Source: a virus (taxonomy: Duplodnaviria; Caudoviricetes). From it: a stretch of 38,469 nucleotides of DNA. Position numbers and translations under genes: made by a program. The notes below the pieces were generated by a model, which was not told the origin of the DNA, made no database searches, and saw only the letters and a list, made by a program, of their open reading frames with translations. Location of the stretch: positions 1 to 38,469 of IMG/VR virus record IMGVR_UViG_3300027779_000068. One strand, written 5' to 3'. Shown here piece after piece: positions 10,501-17,204 of the stretch (position 1 is its first letter; each line of letters starts with the position of its first letter).

Positions 10501-12638
10501 ATTCTCCTATATGGCTTAAAGTTTCCATAAAAAGAATTCTGTCTTCTTGTTGTCTCTATAATCGCAGTCAAAGGATCTGCTGGGTTTAGCGTTAGTCCGG
10601 ATGTCGCACTTCGTGTCATAGCCTCTAAAGTTTGCTCCATGTAGGTTTGTACATTGTACGGCTCACCAACAATCAACAGGCTCAGTATGTTTGCTACGTC
10701 CAAATTACTAAGTGGCGTGTCAGTTGCTGCAAGAGCATAGCCCTGATTAAAAGTTTTTGTATTTGAAACGCTAGTTGATCTCTCATCAATCACTGTAACT
10801 TCGGTTGTTGCAGTTATAATACCATCCTTCCATCTATACACAAACCCGTTCGGGTGCTGAAGTATTCCTGCGCCATACAAGGATCCGGAGCCAGAAAACT
10901 GTCCCTGTATTAGATTCCCCTCAGAGGCTGTCTTTCCTGCCAATAATCCTGAGCCATAAGAAAGTAATCCAGACTGAAGAAGGGTCTTGTTTTCACTCAG
11001 AAGCTCTGGGCCCTCCTCTGCCATAACCCTTCCTGAGTCATCAACTTTTAGTTTGTATGGGGTAAGCGGATCCTCCAGGATACCCTTTGCGTCTTGAAGA
11101 GCTGGATTTTCAACATACTTAGACCAATCAAGCCAGCCCATATTGTCCGAGCAATTAATCGATAGCGACCACTTACCCGCATTGAATGATTCCGAAGTAT
11201 CTGTAACGTAACCTCCAAATACATGAATCATCCCAAATGAATTATCAGAATAAGTTCTTATCTTCTTATAACTTTCAAAATCTATTCTTCCAGAGGTATA
11301 AAGCCTTCTCTCTGCTTCTAGTATACTGTCATCTATCGCAAGATATGAATCATCAAATGACGACTCCCCTCCGGTTCTTGAGCTCCAAACAGAGCCAAAC
11401 TGATTGGAGTCGTCTTGCTTAGTCTTGTTTCCTCTTATATAAAAATGAACACCATCTGCAGGGTTTATAAACGGTTTGCCCAGATAAAACGTCCTAAGCC
11501 TATCCCTAACTCTGTCCATATCCAAAGAATCATCCATTCCGCCGAGCCCGCCCTGCTCTAACGCTGCAGATAGCATAGACGAAGTATCTAATGAAGGGGT
11601 TCCAGACCCTCCGTTAAATAAGTCATTAAAAAGCCCCACAGTTCCCTGCAAAGCCTCCTCTATTGCAATTTCTATATCATCATCATTTATCGTCATAACC
11701 CTATATGGATCTTCAATCTGAATACTTGCACTACCAATAGAGCCCGCGCCGATTGAGCAAGAGGTTGAAAAGCTTGCAAATGTAGACACCTCTATGACTC
11801 CAGTTCCTGGTCCAACTCCATAGTTATCTAGACTGTCTGGGTCTATTATCCAAGTTGTGAGCCTGCTGTCTATAGAAAAAGCATTTCTTTTTATTATATC
11901 TAAAACATCATCTCTATATGCCTCATAATCAAGGTCTTCTAATGTTGAAGTAGCAATATTTTTTAGGCTATTAAAGGTAGAGCCGAGACTGCTAAAGTCA
12001 GATATATTGCTAGCGTCATTTGCTTTTTTCGATAATTCATCAAACCTAGCCTTGTCCTCTTCGTACTGACTCTGTTCATCCATAGTAAGCCCTTCTCCTA
12101 GGCTTATCTTGCCCTGCCAATCATAATAAATGGTAAACCTAAGCCTATTAAGCTCGGACGCCTCCCTGTCCGTAAGGGTTCCCTGTGCTCCGGATACCAT
12201 ATATTTCGTTTGGTCTAAAGCTTCTGCCAATAGGCCCATGTGAATTTCTTTATATTTATCAAAATGATTTTCAAACTTGGTCAAGCTCTCATAAGCCCTT
12301 ATTTGGGCAACTTTGTATGCAAACAAAGCCTTTGTTGCCCTAAGTAACATTTTCTCTGTTTTGTCCATAAAGCGTAAATCATTATATCCACCAAGGGTGG
12401 AGAACGCCTTTTTCTTGATCAAGATTGTGGCATCGGGGGACATAGAAACTATGTTTCTAGTCTTCGGAGTTATGGACTTTGCTTTATTCTGCTCTAAAAA
12501 AACAGAATACCCGCTCTCTGTAAGATAAGATTCACTTGGTCTTTGGCCAACGAAAACAGAGTAATCTCCGGCCTGTACATTGCCCATCTTGTCTATAAGA
12601 CTTGAGTATTTTTTCTCTAACTTTTTGTTGAATGACAT
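7554..12638 (-). CDS. Putative baseplate hub (gp27/gpD/gp44-like), very large, 1694 aa
   Basis: Hub-like motifs GSASIQIEDP, VFGGYVTDTSESF...LSINCSDNMGWL, FEFFCNSQGHIEFRPP and terminal barrel ANVTVAGNEFYQPGDVVFIPEKGLLYYIESVQQQFTYGSSFQTSLSL; located between tube initiator and spike. Confidence 0.75.
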   Translation of the reverse strand: MSFNKKLEKKYSSLIDKMGNVQAGDYSVFVGQRPSESYLTESGYSVFLEQNKAKSITPKTRNIVSMSPDATILIKKKAFSTLGGYNDLRFMDKTEKMLLRATKALFAYKVAQIRAYESLTKFENHFDKYKEIHMGLLAEALDQTKYMVSGAQGTLTDREASELNRLRFTIYYDWQGKISLGEGLTMDEQSQYEEDKARFDELSKKANDASNISDFSSLGSTFNSLKNIATSTLEDLDYEAYRDDVLDIIKRNAFSIDSRLTTWIIDPDSLDNYGVGPGTGVIEVSTFASFSTSCSIGAGSIGSASIQIEDPYRVMTINDDDIEIAIEEALQGTVGLFNDLFNGGSGTPSLDTSSMLSAALEQGGLGGMDDSLDMDRVRDRLRTFYLGKPFINPADGVHFYIRGNKTKQDDSNQFGSVWSSRTGGESSFDDSYLAIDDSILEAERRLYTSGRIDFESYKKIRTYSDNSFGMIHVFGGYVTDTSESFNAGKWSLSINCSDNMGWLDWSKYVENPALQDAKGILEDPLTPYKLKVDDSGRVMAEEGPELLSENKTLLQSGLLSYGSGLLAGKTASEGNLIQGQFSGSGSLYGAGILQHPNGFVYRWKDGIITATTEVTVIDERSTSVSNTKTFNQGYALAATDTPLSNLDVANILSLLIVGEPYNVQTYMEQTLEAMTRSATSGLTLNPADPLTAIIETTRRQNSFYGNFKPYRRITMSNDVASKISADSIMKSQVNSAISGLQSRRAELRAQRSKIITVDESDVSPNEQAIASNILANALDVEIDSIGKGIEQQLSLINEQGILSSAEGIHISFNLDGSPKIVNLSEDMNEDPSFTKAVSLVGAQRRIEDVRLNRDKNLFIVSDQYDSSTDIRPFLLKLRDSSWNLFDSSYTSVLERCKAACSYINFEFFCNSQGHIEFRPPQWNKTPLTVLEGLFKLNEERKVIPDFLSNVFNTRSDSLRLEIHSLNINIVIISLLMNKYPDKTLIPGVTGAARPVNSGKKALEFFGVRINDGAVTLGGPTSGISQALFGEGEKANFTVGGEGDQSSGSGMSLNVSWSDDGDVLYGDTETVLGDFDPVFQETTLGGAGIGVHDGVLRAVSLGSHPVNNDEIVSASSLTSLRNTFRKNYGMDPAAGLGVGEQGFQDEDFVKNLDSDSQKLTKINSLFQKLAITISKRDSLVTILKRNREKLDEIEAIESIVSGEFTDATSSSREPELSVEFLGIDLNESLDKIKKVKSLLNGDIDSDSSSSLDYLIENDERNFLGAGSGRRFVINDDEIISVTFTESPPNATRIDVFGSAPLGLEDSLNKGMDGMYFWAGATDFDLWRQYGYKPETIRLPFSNDAELQSRPYAILQLQLERTKINKANVTVAGNEFYQPGDVVFIPEKGLLYYIESVQQQFTYGSSFQTSLSLNYGHPPGQYLPSPLDVIGGQLTTNPLGGRILTYRGQKEDDLYRVLSPDCAIVFPPNYNGDIATLLSYRNNQERFFNIMLDLSASVMGSRKILIRGFAKTSGDESKVRDNLSVIKQLLQDPVQITQTSPVGDLADVFGGMLNGIGVGVGTSKGTSSMMLPNGLQATPIDPSNIIEQITLLTGRSDEFGEAKILCMDRLLYGSHTLDGDSSEMIQFGGDSDEQYTEQDYVAIFPKDGPRQSTWLDIRDNLTQMSNIIEIGILNIPSTSQSSQSGNSTSTSGSIIK

Positions 12639-12689
12639 AGCATAATTATTATACCTACTGTGACTTATATTAACTTGTCTTTAAAAGAA

Positions 12690-13646
12690 TTAAGAATTAT
12701 CCGAAAGACTCGCGTAAACATCCAGAGACTGCTCATTTGTATCCTCTCCGGAGTCTCCTGTTAAGCCTTCATTGGAATTAAAACTAGATGTAGGCTTTTG
12801 AGATATTAGCCCGCTCGCAGTTCTATATGCCCTCTTATACTCTTCGCTAACTGGAAATGTATAATTATCTAAATCTGTCATATCTTCGGCCATGGGACCA
12901 AGAGACTTCTGAGGCCTGCCATCCACACCTCTTGGGTTTCTATGCCATGGCATAAAGTTTGTTCTAAGTCCACTCTTTCTTGTTGCAGTAAATTGAAAGC
13001 TATATTCGAAAATACCAGGAGAATTTGCAGACTCTGTTAATGCAAATGAAATAAAGTAACCTCTATATGTTTCGCCATGATGATATAAGTCTATAGATGT
13101 AGCAAAGGAAGCTAGTGTTGGTGGCATCTGAAATGTTTCGGCTGCGGTTTGTCTAGAGGGACCTGACGCTGCATCAGTTATATAATCAATAGTGTTACTA
13201 ACTCCATCCATCAGGTTTGATATAGCGCCTCCAGTAAGAGCATCTCCAAATAATTGGAGACCGGATGATGCATTCGATGAAGAAACATCTGTTAGTGTAT
13301 CTATAGACTGTTCCTGGAAATCTTTTGCTTTTTTTATCATAAGATCTTTAAATATTATCTGCTCATGTCTATATACATCTCTTAATATATTTACAGCCTC
13401 AATTCCTCCGGAACCAGTAGTTCCGGATACATTTATATTTATAAGCCTTTCTCCCCAGTATTGAACTATATACCCGCCCTTTGTCATAGTATCAGATATC
13501 AGCTTTCCCTCTGTAATTTGAATACTCTGAGGGTTTATATACAGAGGAACTATCTCTCTGCTCGCAACACCCTCGCTACCTATTGAGCTTATATCAACAG
13601 GAAGAAAGAACTTCATTATTTTTCTTTCATAAATAGTATTTGACAT
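12690..13646 (-). CDS. Putative tail tube initiator / baseplate tube-like protein, 318 aa
   Basis: LYINPQSIQI...TKGGYIVQYWGE...INVSGTTG and YRGYFISFALTESANSPGIFEYSFQF resemble tube-fold baseplate proteins; directly after tape measure. Confidence 0.6.
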   Translation of the reverse strand: MSNTIYERKIMKFFLPVDISSIGSEGVASREIVPLYINPQSIQITEGKLISDTMTKGGYIVQYWGERLININVSGTTGSGGIEAVNILRDVYRHEQIIFKDLMIKKAKDFQEQSIDTLTDVSSSNASSGLQLFGDALTGGAISNLMDGVSNTIDYITDAASGPSRQTAAETFQMPPTLASFATSIDLYHHGETYRGYFISFALTESANSPGIFEYSFQFTATRKSGLRTNFMPWHRNPRGVDGRPQKSLGPMAEDMTDLDNYTFPVSEEYKRAYRTASGLISQKPTSSFNSNEGLTGDSGEDTNEQSLDVYASLSDNS

Positions 13647-13651
13647 TATGT

Positions 13652-15538
13652 TTACCTTTTTCCTGCCTTGAACTCAAGCTCAGAGTCAATCTCATGAGTC
13701 CCCCTTACCTTTCCATCTATATCTTGTAATACTATTACTATTGGCTTGCCGCCATTGAGTTGAACATCCAATGAGCTAGTTGCACCGGGTGCCATTTTCC
13801 TGTCACCTTCTCTATTAAATGCGCCAATATTTGCGAGGGGGTCTCCGCCAATCAAAGTCCCCTTGAGAAGATCTCCAATGTTTTTTACCGGGTCAGCAAG
13901 AACACTTTGTGCTTTAGACGCATCACCACTCTGAATAAAGATATTTGCCTCATCGTCCATTTCGGTAAGCTCCTTTGTTAAGGCCTGAAGACCCTTTCCA
14001 TATAGGGTCGTTACGCCAGTTCTTCCGGCCTCCCCCATACCCATCGCCATCGTAGTAATACCCCTAGTCTGAAGTCTGGAGTGCATCAGCATAGCGTTTA
14101 TCTGCCTATTTAGTTTTTCCATTTCGCCAAGAGTCTTATCCCTACCCTCAATCTCTTCGTCGATTTGTCTTTCGAGCAGCGTGGCAGCATCCTCATCTCC
14201 CGTCGACCTAGCAGTCTCCAGTCGATCCAAATAGTCCAGTATTCTTGTTTGGCTTTGAGGATCCGAGACTCCGAATTGACTGTCTAGTAATTGCTGCTGA
14301 GAATAAAAAGCCATCTGCTTGGAAGGATCATCAGCAGCTTGACTTGCGGTAACAATATCGCCCCCAGTAAATGACCGTAAGGTGTCCGCCATAGCCCCAG
14401 TAAGCATTTTTGACATGCCCGCCTGATCTCCAGTTTGCTCAGCTTCGAGCATTTGAGCCTGAAGCCCTATGCTAGCACCAAGCAAACCGCCGCCTCCTCC
14501 AAAATCCAATCCGCTTCTCTGCTGTACCACGAAAGCTGTTGCATAATCTGTAGTGAGTTTTCCGAGGGCTCCGGATAAATCCGAAGTAAGGCCTGTTGCG
14601 TTTTCAATTCCCAACCCAAGGTCTTTCATTGTGTTGGTAAGACCTTCCAAGAGTGGCCTTCCAAAGTCCGCAGACATTCCAAGTTTCGTAAACTTAGAAG
14701 CAGCGTTATTAAGTGTTGAAGTCACTGTATCTACGTTTAGTCCAGTTTTTGAAGCAATATCTGAAAATGTCGCAAGCTGTTCTATGGCCTGCTGCCCCGT
14801 AAGACCCTGTTTTGCCATAGCAGTCTCAAGGGCTCTGGTATATTGACCAAGCTCCATATTCATAGCACCAGCCTGCAATACGGCTGCAGCATATAGGTCC
14901 ATATCCTTTGTGCCGATCCTAACCGTTGACATCGCATCCTCAATAGAGACATCTATATGCTGAAACTGCTTTGCTGATGCCGCCAACTCTTCTTTGCTTA
15001 AAAATCCAAACTCAAGAGTTGAATAAGAGGCCATGTTATTAACAAATCTATCTGTATAATATTGGGCGTCTTCAAATGTTTTTCCAAAAGATTTTGCAAG
15101 ATCGAAATTTGCTTCGTCTAGATCTCTGTGAAAGGATGTAATAGAATCTACAGACTCTAGCGTGCCACTTACAAAGTCTGTTATTTGGCCAAATACCCCT
15201 GCGCCCAGTCCAAGGGCTTTGTTAAACGTTTCCCCCAGGCCTTCAAATAATTTACCGACACCAGGGATGTTTCCACCTAGTGACCCCATCGCTTTTGCAA
15301 GCTGGCCAAACCCCTGTGTTGATTTGATTGCCGACTCATTTAAATTATCAAAAGCACCTTTAGATGAAGATAAGGCTTGGTTATAAGAGCCTAGTGCTTC
15401 GGTACCTCTTTTCGCTGCTCTGTCTACACTATCAAGAGTTCCGCCAACTGGCTTAAGGATGTTTGCGGCCTCCTCGGCCTGGGCTTGTGTAAACGTTCCT
15501 CCGTCAACCAGTCTTCGTATGTCTTCTTGCCTGCCCAC
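13652..15538 (-). CDS. Tail tape measure protein, 628 aa (GTG start)
   Basis: Ala/Gly/Leu/Gln-rich helical composition; immediately downstream of the frameshifted chaperone pair, the canonical tape measure position. Confidence 0.8.
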   Translation of the reverse strand: MGRQEDIRRLVDGGTFTQAQAEEAANILKPVGGTLDSVDRAAKRGTEALGSYNQALSSSKGAFDNLNESAIKSTQGFGQLAKAMGSLGGNIPGVGKLFEGLGETFNKALGLGAGVFGQITDFVSGTLESVDSITSFHRDLDEANFDLAKSFGKTFEDAQYYTDRFVNNMASYSTLEFGFLSKEELAASAKQFQHIDVSIEDAMSTVRIGTKDMDLYAAAVLQAGAMNMELGQYTRALETAMAKQGLTGQQAIEQLATFSDIASKTGLNVDTVTSTLNNAASKFTKLGMSADFGRPLLEGLTNTMKDLGLGIENATGLTSDLSGALGKLTTDYATAFVVQQRSGLDFGGGGGLLGASIGLQAQMLEAEQTGDQAGMSKMLTGAMADTLRSFTGGDIVTASQAADDPSKQMAFYSQQQLLDSQFGVSDPQSQTRILDYLDRLETARSTGDEDAATLLERQIDEEIEGRDKTLGEMEKLNRQINAMLMHSRLQTRGITTMAMGMGEAGRTGVTTLYGKGLQALTKELTEMDDEANIFIQSGDASKAQSVLADPVKNIGDLLKGTLIGGDPLANIGAFNREGDRKMAPGATSSLDVQLNGGKPIVIVLQDIDGKVRGTHEIDSELEFKAGKR

Positions 15539-15542
15539 TTAC

Positions 15543-15995
15543 CTAGTCCTTATCTTTTATATAGCCTGATAAATCTGATAAGTCACTCGGCATTCTTTTA
15601 TATCGATTACCGGTTATATCATTGCCCATACTTTGTGCTTTATAATTAGCATGTAAATCCTTATTAGATTCGATAATTGATTTGACCAAGTCGCTATCTT
15701 CGAATCCTCTGCTTTCAATCATATCCTCAAACTGCTCATCGGTCATAAACCTCTCGCTTTCTTGCTGTTCCCTAATCTCCTTGATCTTCATTACAGCTTC
15801 CGCGTTCCAGAAGGACGCTAGATAATCCGCAATATTGACCATCTGTTCCAGGTCCTTCTCTCTTTCCATAGATAACATAGAGGCGTACCACCGCCATTGG
15901 AGTGGGTCTATATCGAGGAACCTCTTATCATCAACTGCGCAATTCCAGGTTTTACACAGCTGCCAACGAAGCCAACTAAAAGGTTCCGATGCTAT
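15543..15995 (-). CDS. C-terminal ('T') part of frameshifted tail assembly chaperone (gpGT-like fusion, ~304 aa in total)
   Basis: The -1 frame after the slippery site is open for 150 codons (IASEPFSWLRWQLCKTWNCAVDDKRFLDIDPLQWRWYAS then MLSMEREKDL...), continuous with the 111-aa ORF 15543..15878. Confidence 0.85.
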   Translation of the reverse strand: MASEPFSWLRWQLCKTWNCAVDDKRFLDIDPLQWRWYASMLSMEREKDLEQMVNIADYLASFWNAEAVMKIKEIREQQESERFMTDEQFEDMIESRGFEDSDLVKSIIESNKDLHANYKAQSMGNDITGNRYKRMPSDLSDLSGYIKDKD

Positions 15996-16456
15996 TTTTT
16001 TAAATTTTCGTCACTCTTTTCTTCTTCTGGAATCACCATCTGGTTATATTCAATAAACAGCCTCTCTACTACAGTAAACTGCATATCAGAAATAAGCCTA
16101 CCCCTCTTCTCAAGAGGTGTTAGGCTATCCAGGCCATCTCCCACATACAAGTCCTCTAGCGGCTCTCCATTGACAGAAACAATGGCCCTGCTCAAAACAG
16201 CCTCCCGCATACTCGGCACCCTTTCATCATCAGATAAGGTCATAACATCTTTCATCATGCTTCTTTGTTGTCCGCTAGTAAGAGTTGCTATACTAAAACT
16301 AACGCCATCTACATCGACAACACTCTCTTGTCTTCCTAGAAATATTAACTGTCTTAACCCAGACAGTTTATCGTTAGATTCTTCTGTAACACCTAAGTCA
16401 TTTTCAACTTTAGCGTCATCATCGCCCTCTTCAAAGTCAGCTTTTCTTCTTGCCAT
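15992..16456 (-). CDS. Tail assembly chaperone (gpG-like), 154 aa
   Basis: Acidic protein between tube and tape measure; AGGAG SD; motif VLSRAIVSVNG...VVERLFIEY; ends ENLKK* on a slippery sequence. Confidence 0.85.
   Translation of the reverse strand: MARRKADFEEGDDDAKVENDLGVTEESNDKLSGLRQLIFLGRQESVVDVDGVSFSIATLTSGQQRSMMKDVMTLSDDERVPSMREAVLSRAIVSVNGEPLEDLYVGDGLDSLTPLEKRGRLISDMQFTVVERLFIEYNQMVIPEEEKSDENLKK
15995..16008 (-). promoter_or_regulatory. Programmed -1 ribosomal frameshift site
   Basis: Minus strand GAA AAT TTA AAA AAA TAG contains in-phase X XXY YYZ heptamers (A AAT TTA, T TTA AAA, A AAA AAA) immediately before the stop; the -1 frame continues into the next ORF. Confidence 0.88.
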
Positions 16457-16521
16457 TTTTTTTTCTCCTAATGATTAAATAAAAATACTTAACCTTATTA
16501 CGCATTATACGCTTTTAAAAC

Positions 16522-16552
16522 AAAAAAAGACCACCAAAGTAGGTGGTCTTTT
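16522..16552 (-). terminator. Rho-independent terminator after tail tube gene
   Basis: Minus strand AAAAGACCACC-TACTTT-GGTGGTCTTTTTTT: perfect stem running into a T7 tract, about 22 nt after the tube stop codon. Confidence 0.85.
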
Positions 16553-16574
16553 GATTTATCTATATTCTTACGTG

Positions 16575-17189
16575 TCAGCTATACGCTGCAGATATAAGTC
16601 CCGGGAAGTCAAGGGGGCCTCTTCTGCCCTTGCCAGCATCAACAGCCTTTTCAGTATTATCAATCTGAGTTCCTGCGAGCTGCCTGGCGCCACCTGTTCC
16701 CGGACTCTCGGCAGTGGGCTTGTTGCCCCTTGTAGTAAACATAAACTCTGCCTGAACAGACGCGTTTTCTGTTATGATATAATCACCAGCACTATATGTC
16801 TTGCCTATAGAGGCAAACCAGCAGTTCTTGTAAGTTGTAACAACCGCCTCATCACCAGTTCCAGTATAGTTATCTATAACCATAATATCAAAAGGAATTC
16901 TTTGTGATGCCAAGTTTCTAAATCCACGAGCCATTGACTCTGTTATGCTTAATCCGTCAAATACTATTCTCTGAATAGTTAAATCAACAGTTGTTGCGGA
17001 CTGAGGAACAATCTCGACTATTCCGTCTGTACCTACCTCTTGAAGCCTCCTTAGTGGCTTAGTCTGACTCTCTTGAAAGCTCTGCACAGCGCCAACTGGC
17101 TCATTATTTACCATAATGATTACTTGGGTTGATAGACCAGTTCTGGTCTTGCTGTCTAAAATGCTTCCTGTTGATGGGTATGATGCCAT
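16575..17189 (-). CDS. Tail tube protein, 204 aa
   Basis: Follows sheath; tube-like motifs PVGAVQSFQESQ...LQEVGTDGIVEIVP, RIPFDIMVID...TTYKNCWFASIGKTYSAGDYIITENASV; AGGAG SD. Confidence 0.85.
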   Translation of the reverse strand: MASYPSTGSILDSKTRTGLSTQVIIMVNNEPVGAVQSFQESQTKPLRRLQEVGTDGIVEIVPQSATTVDLTIQRIVFDGLSITESMARGFRNLASQRIPFDIMVIDNYTGTGDEAVVTTYKNCWFASIGKTYSAGDYIITENASVQAEFMFTTRGNKPTAESPGTGGARQLAGTQIDNTEKAVDAGKGRRGPLDFPGLISAAYS

Positions 17190-17204
17190 TTTTATCTCCT
17201 AATT

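Noticed and set aside
15543-15878. Stand-alone 111-aa gene starting at 15878
   Set aside because: No convincing SD; better explained as the -1 frameshift extension of the chaperone.
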